This document shows, in pieces, positions 13,891-27,400 of a DNA stretch of 64,000 bases. Source of the stretch: Paragordius varius (Eukaryota > Animalia > Nematomorpha); the NCBI GenBank assembly GCA_964247055.1, contig OZ176057.1, positions 2,728,001 through 2,792,000 on the forward strand, read 5' to 3'. Position 1 is the first letter of the stretch; each line of letters opens with the position of its first letter. A model generated the notes under the pieces. It was not told the origin of the DNA and searched no databases. It saw only the letters and a program-made list of their open reading frames with translations. Position numbers and translations under genes: made by a program.

Positions 13891-14306
13891 ATTCATCATG
13901 TTTTTGTATGTGTACTGTGTACATTAATCATGATTTTTATAGTCCATATGGGGCTAAATTAGAGGAATTATTGATAATTTTGCTGTAATTCCTGTATGAG
14001 CGCACAAAAAACTATAATAAACAATTCTAATTAATAAAATGTATCAGATTATTCATGATTATTTTAATTTATAAGGAAATTATTTGCACACTTTTGTATA
14101 TTTGCTTTATAGCGAATAGTAATAATAGCGTACATAACTCGAGAGGTGATATGACGACCGCTGGGCGCCAGCGGCCCAATTTTGAAATGATCTTTATCGT
14201 GTCATAATGCGGATGATTACAATCATAATTAAAAAAATTATTATTTTCCCAAATTCAATTCCCATCTCTATTTTTATTAATACTTGGATATAAAACATTC
14301 TTTTCA

Positions 14307-14850
14307 GTCCTTCGATTTAAATTGGGGTAGTTGGATAACCCAGGTCTGTTTAAAATTAAATACTGTAAAAAATATGGAAGGAATCGGACCATGGCAAAAT
14401 TTTGCACTTATATAACATCATATAATACGAAAAATATAAATAATTTTATTCAAAAATACTTGTTAATAATTATTTTGATGTGAAACCCAAAGGTAAAAAT
14501 TTAGTCAAATCATGTGTAAATGTCTAAAAAAATAATACAAAATAAACCACTTTTTCTATTTCCACCAATTTTTGATAATTTAAATAAAAAATAAGCTTTA
14601 ATTTTATCTTTAAAATTAAATACACACGATATATTGCAAAATGTAAAATAAAAATGGCGCCGATGTAGTTTAACATGTAACTTTTTTTTCAAAATTAAAT
14701 TTTTTTTGGATTTTTTTGACTTATATAAATAATTTTTATCAGGATAGAAGCATAAATTTAAATTAGAAATTTTTCCTTCAATAGTTTTTTAATAATATTG
14801 AATTAAATTTAGTCCATATAGATACCCCAATTTGAATCGAAAGGGTTTAA
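14307..14850 (-). mobile_element. Family B element
   Basis: gtccttcgatttaaattggggtag ... ccccaatttgaatcgaaagggtttaa. Confidence 0.8.
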
Positions 14851-14989
14851 AAAAGACATTCTATGATTAGCCAGTTTGCTGCTGTATGTTAATTTAGTTG
14901 AAAGTTTTATTGAGTTTAATTTAATTAAAAAAGTTATATTTTATAGTAAAAGAAAAAATAACACCTTGTAGATTTTTGATAGAATTTTT

Positions 14990-15543
14990 TTAAACTTCGA
15001 TTCAAATTGGGGCATCTAAATACCACAGAATAATTTGAATTAAGATTTTTAAAAACTACTGAAAGAATATTCCAATTTATTTTTATGCTTCTATCCTAAT
15101 AAAAATTATATAAATATGCCAAAATATCTAAATAAATTTTTGTTTTGAAAAAGTTCCATGTCAAACTATTTCGACGCCATTTTTATTTTACAAAATTTTT
15201 TGCACAATATCGTATTTCTTTAATATTAAGGGTAAAATTAAAGCTATTTTTTTTTTAAATTTTATCTAACATTGATAGAAATAAAAAAAACGATTAATTT
15301 TGTATTATTTTTCAATTTTACCATTGCACATATGTCACGTTGACTAAATTTTTACCTTTCGGTTTTAGCGTAAAATAAGTAATATCAAGTATTTTTGAAT
15401 AATTTTTTTATATATTTCGGTTTATTAATGTTATATAAGCGCAAAATTTTGCAATGGTTTCGAATCCTTCCATATTTTTTGAAAAATTTAATATTAAACA
15501 GGCCTGGGGTATTTAACTACCCCAATTTGAATTGAAAGACTAA
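14990..15543 (+). mobile_element. Family B element, inverted relative to the adjacent copy
   Basis: ttaaacttcgattcaaattggggc ... ccccaatttgaattgaaagac. Confidence 0.8.
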
Positions 15544-16235
15544 AATGAATGTGTTGTATCCTAATGTTAAAGGTTACAATAAAAAATTAATTCATATGTG
15601 AATAGATATACTGTGTTAAATTGGTGTCGCCACTACGAATCAAAGTACAAAATGATAAATATAAACCTGATTCAGACAAAACTTAATTGATTCTTTACTA
15701 CAAAAATCTTTAGAGAAATAAAAAATCTTTTGAAGAAAAGTAACAAAAATGGCGCATTAACCAAAAGCTCTTTTTTTCAAAAGATTGCAAAAAATACTAA
15801 ATAGGAATCGAAAATAAATTTTCCTGTTAAAGAAATTTTGCTAAAGGGGGAGAGAAATTAAAATATATCGTAACATATGTTTCACGACGTAAAAAATATT
15901 ATAATCCCATAAAAAATTAGAACTTTCGATTTAAATATCTATAGCGCTGGATTAAGGCAATGATATAATAAAAATTTTCAAAAAATCTAATTTTATAATT
16001 ATTTTCATAATACTTAATAATGATATAAAAATGAACCGCCGTCAAAATGTTTGCCGTCCCCTATTTATATTAAATATAATTTTTTGGTGAGAGTTTAATC
16101 CCTGACGAAATATATCATTAAGATATATACTACCTTATATGCCGAGATTAGGCGATACAAACAAATTTTTATAAAGTAAAAATCTTTCAAAATTTACAAG
16201 TTGGCAAGAATTGTTGTTTATATCATGGTATTTTA

Positions 16236-16477
16236 GCATGGTGGAAACGATCTAATATTTTGATACCTAATCAAAAAACCATTTTATTTTTCGATGATGC
16301 CGAACATATCACCTCAGAATTTAATTTTAATGGTTTTTTGCTTTCAAATTTTGGTTATAAATTATGAAGACGAACAAATACTATCATTAAATCTGAGGTG
16401 ATAGAAATGTTCATCACTATTGATATAACAAAGCGTTTATAATATTTTAAAGCTTTTTTATACCGTTTCCATCATGC
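16236..16477. mobile_element. MITE family F (TIR GCATGGTGGAAACG)
   Basis: gcatggtggaaacg ... cgtttccatcatgc; internal inverted atcacctcaga/tctgaggtgat; related copy at 25601. Confidence 0.65.
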
Positions 16478-16639
16478 CTCAGTAAAAAGTATGCCATCCA
16501 ACAAAAAATGGTAAAAATTAAGTTTTAATGTGCATTTGTTTAAAAATATTTGTTTTGATGTTAAAGTTTAGCATATATTAAATTTTTATCGCAAAATCTC
16601 GTTATTTTTGCTTTTATTCAAAGAGAACTATTCCAATTT

Positions 16640-16955
16640 GTTGTTGTTGCTCAGGTCGATTCCGACTAACTGCAACATTGAGAATATAGCTTCTCCATTC
16701 ACTGCGATTACCGGATCTGGTGTTTAGTTCGGATAATGATTGGTTGGTTTCTTTGAGACAGACAATATTTCAAACACCACTATTTTAAATAAAATTAACC
16801 CAGGAATATCACTTCTAGGCGGCTTAATACGGCAAAAACTCTCCTTTTTCGGGCACGTTATGAGAGCCAACTCTCTTGAAAAATCACTGATGCTGGGAAA
16901 AGTGAGTGGTGCTCGAAAAGAGGGAGAAGACGAACTCGTTGGATGGATTCCAATT
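16640..16955 (+). pseudogene. Decayed RTE 3' fragment
   Basis: KLSFFGHVMRANSLEKSLMLGKVSGARK, then in another frame GRRRTRWMD. Confidence 0.75.
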
Positions 16956-17342
16956 AAGAAGAGCAAAAAAATAAGACTTTTAAACATATATAAAATCAAA
17001 TTTTTTTATGGTTTTGCTTGTTAAATGTAATTGATGATATATATTGGTAATATTTTTTGGAATGAAGCATTAGTTTTTATTAAATAATTATTTAAACATG
17101 TGCAAATTTTTTTATTTTCTTTTAAAGTAGTTACTACAATAGTGCAAACAACTTCTTTATATCAATCGCAAGGGCTAAAACAAAAGTACCATCAAAATCC
17201 TGATACATTTTCCTATCAGAATATGTAAATTTGAACAAAATATTTTTTTGGACACTATTTTTTATGATTTGGAATGGAGCATTAGACTTTAAAAAATTTA
17301 ATTAGCTCACTGTTTGCGATTTTCGCGATTTTTAATAATAAC

Positions 17343-17992
17343 TAGGGTTGTGCATTTGACTCCTTTTTCAAAAAAATCCAGTCCCAGACACACCATGGTC
17401 ATGACCACTTTGTACCCAAGTAAATACCATGTATTGGAATTGTAATAATAATGTTCGAACGACATTTGCTTTTCACTAAAATAATGTAATGTTTTTTCTT
17501 AAAAATTGGTATTTTACATTATAATATTTGTTACTTATTATTTCCAATCAAATTTAATCAAGAATTTTATTTCAAATAAATTTAGTCACCTGAATCTTCA
17601 AAAGCTTTTAATACTGGATGTTTTTTTAAAAATTTACTTAGTTTGTTTTACACTTTCTTTCATCATTGAAATATCCAATTATAAGATGTTTTTCAATTTA
17701 TTGGTTCACATATATGGAATAATTGGATTTTCACAGTGCTTGATTGTGTTTTTCGAGCCTTAAATGCTAATGTGATAAGGAAGACATGTTTAACAATTTT
17801 TAATATATGGTTTGATAAGCATATTTAAATATTTGATATTTCTTAAAAATATATTTTAAAACAATAAAACTTACCATATCTCTTCCAAAAAAATTCAGCG
17901 GCAATTTTTCAAAAACAGCTGTTTTTTTAATTGATCGTGGTCAAAAAATAAATAGTCACTGACCTGGTCATGACTTGGTCAGCACAACCCTA
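17343..17992. mobile_element. hAT-type MITE (TIR TAGGGTTGTGC)
   Basis: tagggttgtgc ... gcacaacccta; 8-bp TSD ataataac/ataatatc (7/8 match); subterminal tggtcatgac palindromes at both ends. Confidence 0.8.
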
Positions 17993-18499
17993 ATAATATC
18001 CTTATTACAAAAATGTTATTTAAAAGCTCATAAGGTCCACATACAAAAACTTTTTGTCAGAAATATATTTTATTTGGTAATTATTTATACTCCCCACCGA
18101 TTGTGCTATAAGCATCAGAATTTTCATGGTGGGTTTGATACGGGTAATTTTAGAAAGAACAAATAAAAATATCCAATTCAAAAAATTGTAAATGCCCATA
18201 TTCAAAGCGTTTGAGTTTTTTTTAGTGAAAATTGAATTTGTACTCTAAAATATTTAACAACGAATGCTGTTAAATTTATAAAATTTAGTTTTCCAATTTC
18301 GGTTAATAAACCATTTTCCATTATCACATGGTTTCATTACAATTCATAGTAGCATAGCATTGGAAATAATGTTACTTTAGTTAATTTTTTAGAATTTGAA
18401 ACTTATATTAATATATTTTATGAAATCATATGTTTTTAAATTTTTATTTTATTATTAAATGTTTAAGCCATTTGTATCACAAATAAAATAACTCTTCAT

Positions 18500-19200
18500 G
18501 GATTATCATAAGGCATGGCGTCTACCAAGATTCATCGCTTTGTTGTTTACAATATGTATGGATGATATAGCCAAAGCTGTTAATCAAAGGTCAAGTTGGT
18601 ATTTCATGCATGCGGATGATATATTTTGTCTGAATCACGGCTTCTGACTCTAATAGCCTTGAGGGTCAACAACATAAAATGGAGGTTGATGCGGGTTGGG
18701 TTTTGAAGGGTAAGGAAAGGTGCAAATATTCAGGGGCAATGTTCAAATGGATCGTTGACCGTCGATATTAATTTAAGAATTGAGATCAGTTGGGTAAATT
18801 GGAGGAAAATTTTAAGCCTGTTATGTGAACGAAATATTGATGATAAAGTTAAAGGTAAGATATACAGATCAGTTGTTCAACTCACAATGATATATATAAT
18901 TCACTGACGTGGGGCGTCAAAAAATCCGAAGAAAGACATTTTAACGTTACGGAAATTAAAATGCTTTGAATGATATGTGGTGTTATAAGAAAGCACAAAG
19001 TTTAGAATATATATATTCGTGTGATCACAGTTGTTGAACCAATAGCGGAAAGAAAGTAGGTTGGTTTGGGCACATTGATGAAAGGAGAGACTTTATTTAT
19101 ATTGCATAAACAATAGAAAGTCATATAGTCGAAGGAAAACAAGGACCTGGGCGGCCTAAAACGAGATGGATGGACACAATAAAAAGAAAATTGACAGAAT
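18500..19200 (+). pseudogene. Decayed RTE reverse transcriptase/C-terminal fragment
   Basis: HADDI (YADD-like), KIYRSVVQLTMIY, WFGHI, GPGRPKTRWMD with stops and frameshifts. Confidence 0.8.
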
Positions 19201-21439
19201 ATGAGCTAATAGTAGAAAACGCTATGTATAGAATTCTATGGCGTAAAAAATTGTAAATACTTGCTATCTAATAGTTACATAGACAAATTTTCTCGAATTA
19301 TTTTAAAAATCGCTTGAAATGAAAGAAGGCAATTTATTGTAGTGTTAATGGATCGCTATCTTAACCGCACGCTTTTTTTTAAATGATTTTAAGCATTTAG
19401 ACCGGTCATGATAATTCGACCGCTTAAAAATACCCTTAGAACCTGGGAAGGAAAAAGGGAACTTGAAACTATATTTTGTAAAAATATATTGCAGTTATAA
19501 CGTCCTTCGATAGGGAAAGGTCTCAAAATTATACATAAAGTTTTATATCACCCCTTATTTAATATTTGTAATATTGAATTTTTAATCCATTTTTTTCCTC
19601 TTGTAAACTAAAAATATTTAAGGACGATCTAATCAATATTTGGCAAAATAACTCTTATATATATTAATTATATTAATTAACCTTTTTCATGTAGCACAAT
19701 ATATATTTATAAATTCTAATAAATATCTCTCGAAAAGATATCTATTTATATATTTTTTAATTAAGGATAATTACCTTTCCTAAATATTATGTATGAAAAT
19801 TTATATACTTTCAGTATTTTGATATTCTCTACTTTCATTCAGACATAGGGTCAATGCCAAAAATAGGGTATTGATTGATAAACCTCTTATGATTTTTTTA
19901 TTTTATTATTTTTCATAACCCTATCAAAAATAAAAATTAAAAAGAGTTCAGATACGCCCAAATCTTTTTATATATATAATAATAATTATAATCAACCTTT
20001 GAACTATATTAAAAATATATTTATCAAATTAAATATGCAAAAATGAGGGAGAAAGAATTATTTTGACGAAAAATCTATTAAATTTTGGGTTTTAACCAAT
20101 ATTTTTGCTCATAGTTTTTTTAATTTATTTCAATAACTGAACCATGAAGAAATCGAATAAATTATTTTATTTTTGTTATAAATATTATTATATTTAAGAA
20201 AAGGGCGTAAAAAGTATTATATTTAGCACAAAGATTATATATTTATATACGTATATTTTGTAAAAAATATTAAAAGATATTTAAAATATATAAAATTGAT
20301 AATGGTAAATCTACTTTATAGAGCTTGCAAACCTGTTATATTGTTAAAATGTTATATTTTTGATTTATTTACCTTTCTTCCTTTAATATATACAGATAAA
20401 TATATTTATATCAATAATTGAAAAATATATAATTAACATAAGACTTATGTCGCGTTCGGGGTTCATACGCTAAAGTTAACTAACTATAAGCGCTGCATAT
20501 ACATACATTTATATATAAGGGATTCTTTTTTCATTTCGATTGTTTTGCGATACAAGAATTTAATTTTTTTATCAAACATTTTTTTAATAATAAATATAAA
20601 TTATTAAGTCTATCAATCAGTATTCAATCATATCAGTTTCGATTCCCTTAATCATCAATTTCGTGATCTCTATTACCCTTTAGGATATTTCAGGTAATTT
20701 TCTGTTTAATAAATATTATACAAACACCATTTAAAAATATTTACAGTCAACCACTTTTAATTGATCCCAAGGTCCATTATCTGCATTTAAAGCCCTTTTT
20801 ATCAAAAAATTTAAAATTTCTTATGCTAAAAATCAAGATCATCAATTATTCACCACATAAAAATTAACTTAGTCTATAAGTAGTGAAAAAGTTACCTACT
20901 CTAGTTACAAAAAACTCAGATGTACAACTTTTGAAGGTTAACCTAAAAAATATGTTTGCTTTATTGTGGAAAAGTGCTTGATGATCAGTATCAACTAATT
21001 AATTTAGGGGCTTCTTATGGCTTTTATAAGGTAATCTGCTGTATTATTAAGTAAAAAAATTTTTAACCAAAATTGACAATATTTTTTAAGTTTCAGAAAT
21101 ATAAATTATATACTGTTTGTCATCATTTTAAACTATATTTCAAACAGCTAACCAATGAACATCTTCCAAGTCTTAAAACATGTTTCATCATAATATATAC
21201 GTTAAATGTAAAATGAATTTAACTATATTGAAACTTCATATAAACATTTTCAGTAAAAATTTATGCATGCCAATATTAATCAAAAATAAATTCCGTTAAC
21301 AAAACAAATGTAAGGCACACAAAAATTAAATTATAAAATTATAACAATTTCAAAGAAATTACGGATAAACGAGAAATACATAAAAACACAATCTTATAAT
21401 GCCTTTATACTTTTACTTTATGAAATTTCATTTTCAGAT

Positions 21440-24400
21440 ATGGATACATTGAAATCCACAAAAACCTCAACGACGACAAGCACACAGTCATCTAGATTGC
21501 CCAAAAATTTTTGGGTATATCTCAATACTGGCTTACTTGTCCTGTTTGTATTAACATGTCTTATTCTACTACCCAGTTTTTACATTCATTTCCGCAAAAT
21601 CACGAGTTTGGGTGATATTTCCCGCGAAAAATTCTCTTTGCAACAAACTGTTCTACGGGACAACCTTGCAAAAGGGAATGCTATTGTACCAAATTTGTTT
21701 GAACAAAAAAATAAATCATCACCTATCATCGATGAAGTCTTAGAGAAAATTGATGGTTTTACCCATTTCTCTAAGGTAAATACACTCATATATATATATA
21801 TATATTATGGTGGAAAAATATAATGATAGTTACTATTCATCGTTTTGCTTTAGATAATTAATCTCTCATAGCCAAATCATTAAATATGATATTTGAAATT
21901 TAATTTTTTAGCTGAAATCACAATCTTCCGATTCCAAAGCCCTAAGGCTCGGAAAAATCGAAATACGAAACAAACGAAGTTATGTCGGTGGCGATTATTC
22001 ACAAAGTATTTATTAACGAACCCTTTTTAAAAATTTATAATATGTGCTTATCGTTTTTTGAACCTAAATTTGAATTTAATAATAACAATGCTAATTATAA
22101 TTATATTTCAATCATTAATTTATTACATATACCGCGATTAATATCTCGATTCGCAACTCCAAAAAATAAATTCGTAGGAAACATACAAAGTTCAATATGT
22201 TTTTTGTTTGCATATAAGCCCTTTTACTCTAATTTGTTCGTCTTTATAATTTCGCACATAGAATTTCGATCTTATGTTTTTATTCGTTGATTGCGATATA
22301 AGATATAGAAGACCCGATCATATATATAACTAACACCCCAATCAAACCTTTTTAATTTTTAAATTTTGATTTTTATTCCTTTTTAATGTGAGATATGTGT
22401 AGCATGGAGCTGTAAATTGGCACATTATTTTTAACTTAAATTCATATAATGGAGCTTTAAAATATTTATTTTTCATATAATGTTAACTCTCATATTAAGA
22501 ATATGTGCTACTCTTTCCAAATGTATAAAACCCATAAACCTTTTTTTGGCGTATCATAAATATTAGTTTATTTTTACGAAAAAACAAAATAGGATGTAAA
22601 ACATGCAATGATGGGAACCCTGGTTTAAGAGGGGAACCAGGTCTCCCCGGTCCTGAAGGCGATTCTGGAAGCCCGGGAAAAGACGGTTTACCCGGGGCTG
22701 ATGGTAATCCCGGTAGAGATGGGGCCCCTGGACGCCCTGGAGCTCAAGTAATATATACATACATACATATATATACCATTTACAGTTCAAATTCATAACC
22801 CTTGAACAATTCAAATTCATCACCCTAAAATAAATTATGTGTTTTTGGAAAATTAAATATTACCTATATTTTTTTAAAATTAATATAATACTGAAAAAAT
22901 AAGATACTATGCTATAAGAATATTTTTTATATTAATGATGAGTTATATTAGCCCGAAAATACATAATTTATTTTTGGGGTGAATTTAAAATGTTTGAAGG
23001 TGATTTTGAATTGTAAATGGAATATAAATAAATTCACTAAAAATAATTTAAGACAAATATTTCTAAAAAAGACAGCCGTACATTTTTACACCTTGATTCT
23101 TTTCATACAACTTAGTCTTTTGGGTTGAGAAGTGAAATAAACCCATAAAACAGGCACACTCCCATTACATATTTTATTTAGTAAAGTGAAGAGATCGCAT
23201 ATCTAGTGTGATTAAAAATGCGAATTTATATTAAGAAACAAAAAAATATATAGTTCAGATCTGCTTAGGCGATTCATTCCTAAGCAGATCTTAAATATAA
23301 GAATTACTAATTTTTTACCATTTTTAGTCACAATAAATTATAAACATTTAGGTTATATTTAAACAAAAAACTCACAAAAATGTATGGCTGTCTTTATCAA
23401 TGTTTGTGACTTTTAGTTTTTACGTTTTGTCTTCAAAAATTTTAATTGCATATATTTTTATTGCATATATAGGGTTTAAAAGGCGAAGCTGGTTTACCAG
23501 GTCAAGATGGGATCCCAGGAGAAGCCGGTGCCCCCGGAATTACTTTGAGTGGAGTTAATCATGGGCGGGACGGTGCCCCAGGACAGGCTGGGCGAAAGGT
23601 ATTAACTATTTTATACACCAAAACCAAAAAACTTAAATTCTATCAAACAACAGTGTTGTAAAATCTGTAATATAAATGATAATCGAAAATTTAACACAAA
23701 ATTAATTGAAAGATAATTATTAACAGAAATTATATAAAGGATATGTGAAACCCCTTGTTGTCAATAGTAATCGTAGACTAGTTTCGTGCTTGTTAGCACT
23801 CATCAGTACGACACAACTATTTGACTAACTGGGGTTTTCACATATTGATTTCGTCCATATATATCCAACTTTGCAATTGACGAAAAGGTTTCACACATAT
23901 CCTTTATAATATCTGTTAATAATTATCTTTCAATTAATTTTCTGTTTAATTTTCGATTATCATATTACGGATTTTACAAAACCGTTATTACAAAACATAA
24001 TCAATCCGTCATTTACCATTTAATTATCAAAGTTTTATAAAAGTTATAGGAGATAGGTGATTTACTGTAATACACAATAATTTATTCTATAAAATTGGTT
24101 TTACAGTTTGATTGAAGAGATTGGTAATAGGATTTTAGTCTTTTAAAACCATTTTAGCAATAAAAACAGGTTTCCTCATCCTTTAAAAAACGGCATACGG
24201 TTAAAATATCAATCGGTTTGTTTTGGTTAAAATTTTAATTAACACAAACCCTATGGTACGAAATTATTTTCATTATATTTAATATAAAATTAATTTTTAT
24301 ATTATTATATAAAGTTACATACAACATTGCTGCTCATATAATTAACCAATTATTTATTGTATTAAAATAACTTACCTCTTTTTTTTTATAAAAAATGGAC

Positions 24401-27400
24401 TTAATATCCGTTTAAACCAACAAACTTCGAACCGAAGCCATATATTTTTTACAAAATAAAGTCTAAGAATATTTATATTTCCAGGAAAATATTAAATTGT
24501 AACTAAGATTATTCTGTTTAATGAATTTCGAGGTTTATATGATTAAAAAATTAATTATACTTTAGTCAAATTTTTTTATAATACTTTGACCATTTATTTT
24601 TCTGAAACTCAAAGTATAATTTTTTATTAATATGGTATTTATAGGGAGCCGCTGGTAACCCTGGTCGAGATGGTCAGCCCGGAAGAGCAGGAACTGACGG
24701 ATTTCCCGGAAAAGATGGCGCCACAGGTATACTAGGTGCTGATGGAGAGCCAGGATTCCCAGGAGAAGATGTATACTATAAACGTTTTCTTAGAAACAGT
24801 TTGAATTTTGAATTAATTTTTCATTCTAATTTTTATCTATTTTGGTGATATGGGTCTTTTTAATTGTTAGTATGGAAAAAAAACGAACCATATCATTTTT
24901 TTATTTTTTATGGCTTTAAGTTTATAAAATTGTTCAATTTAAGGGAGAAATATGAAAATCATATTTGTTGGCTTTTATCCCATTACAACAATAAAAAGAC
25001 TCATCCAAAATTTGAAATATAAGGATAAAACATAAAAAGTAATTATTATATAAAAACAACCATAAAAATAAAAGTTGTAGAGAAGTGAATAGCTCTAACC
25101 TTTTTAATTTCACAATCATAATCATATCGGTTATAAAATACAGGATAAAAATTTGGTTCTGTGTTCAGAAAGCTTTTCATTTTATGGTTTGTCTTTAAAA
25201 TTTTCAATGCTGCTGTATTTGTGGTATATAGGGACCTACTGGACCTCCAGGAAATGCGGGAGCTAAAGGTAGAAATGGTAACCCTGGTCGAGATGGTAAC
25301 CGAGGGGCTCCTGGCCAGCCCGGAAGCGATGGTGCCTCAGGTCAAGACGGTTTTATTGTAAGTCTCTCTCATTTTTGGAATGATGATTGCTCCTCTGATT
25401 AATAAACTACCACCTTCCCCCCAATTCTATTATGATAAATGCTAAAATAAACAGCGTCTGATTTCGTGCATAAATGCCGATTGCGTAATGAGAATTTTAA
25501 AATTATGCTAAATTTTATATCCGCTAAAAAAATTTTAAATAAATGTACCCTTTATTTTTTTTAAAAAAATTTGTTAAAGCGTGCTTCATACTATTTTGCG
25601 GCATGGTGGAAACGGTAACGCTTTAAGTATAATAAAAACACTTTTTTTATACAATTCGATATTGATAACACATTTCTGTTGCTTCAAATTTTGATTCAAG
25701 TTCGTTCGTTTCAGATTTTAGTGAGTTTCGGTAAAAAAAATATTTATATTTAACATAAATTTTAAAACAAACGATTGTATAATTTTTTGAGGTGATAGAA
25801 ATGTTCAGCATCTTGTTATATTGAAAAAGTGTTTTAAAAATATCTCAATGTGTTTTTTACCGTTTACACCATGCTTTAAATTAGTCTGAACTATGCTTTA
25901 ATAAAATTTAGCTGAAAATTAAATTTTTAAAAAAAGTATGCACTTTCGAAATATATTTTTAGTTGATATCAAAGTTCAGCAGAAATTTAAATTTCTTATC
26001 GTATAATCTTAGCAATTTTGCGCCTATATTAAAAGAACTACCTTATTTTAGAGCGAAAATATTTGCGACTTTCGAAACCTATATCTAAAAATCATTTTTT
26101 GAAAAAAATATTTTGTAGGTTATTTCATCTAAAAAATTTATTTAAAAAATGTGCGCAAATTTTGTCAATTTCTAAAATGGACTTACCACAAAAGTGTAAA
26201 TAACTTTCTTAAATTCCCCGTAAGACCAAAACCAAAATCATCATGATATTTCTGATACATATTCCTATTAAAATTTAGATATTTCCGCAGGATATTTTTT
26301 TTATAAAATATATTTTTATCCCACTTTTTGAATAGCCCCAAAATTAGTGGCTTAAAAATTTTCCATTTTTATTTTAGGTTATACCATTTGTATTTTAAGA
26401 GTGACCCTTAACACTTCAAGTTGTCATTAATCAATCTAAAAGTGTTCCGAAACATTTCAAGTTGGTCCTTAAACATTTTAAGTTGGTCCTTCAGCTTCAA
26501 CTTGAAATGTTAAAGAACACTCCTACAACATGTATGAGTTAAACCTGCTTGCCCATTGCCAAAACACCTGTTAAAGCTCTCATTCATGTGACCATATAAG
26601 ATATTTTGATTTGTTAATATAATATCGTTATGCAATGTGTGTGTATAGGGAAATCCCGGAGCAGATGGAAATAATGGAGCCGATGGTCAGCCTGGTAACC
26701 CTGGTGCCGATGGTCGTCCTGGTAACGCAGGCAAAAAGGGCAAAGATGGCGGTATAGGAAGACTGGGATTTCAAGTATATAAATATTTAGCTATAAAAGA
26801 ATTTTGAAAACAAAACATAAAATGTAAAGGACTAATATTTTTGCCATAATATGAACTATAATTTTAAAACTTTTGTTTAAAATTACCGACCATTGTATTG
26901 GGTGGTGTAAATAACGGATAAAGGCTGTAAATTTGAAGCACACTCAATTTTATTCACAATCATATAATTATATAAGAAATAAAAATACAAAATTTTACCT
27001 CGTTTATTGTATTTAGATAAACACACTTTAAATTGTTCATATTCGAAAAAAGGAATAAAACCAAACATTTTATCGCTTAAACTGTTTCATTTTTTGGGAT
27101 AACAATTTTTTTTCCTAGGGTGAAACCGGTGCTCCTGGTAACGATGGTCAACCCGGTTTATCCGGTCAAGATGGCGCCCCCGGTAATGACGGCTCTGCAG
27201 GAAATCCTGGAAAAGATGGCGCCCCCGGGAATAATGGAGCCCCTGTAAAAAAATCTTATTTTCTAAGTTTCATCATATCATCATTATTGGTTATATGTAA
27301 CCAAATTTTTGTCACAGGTGTAAAATGTAACAAAAAAAGAAATTTAATTTGTGATGTTTAAAAAAAATATATTTTCTAAAATGTGCATGAATATTTAACC

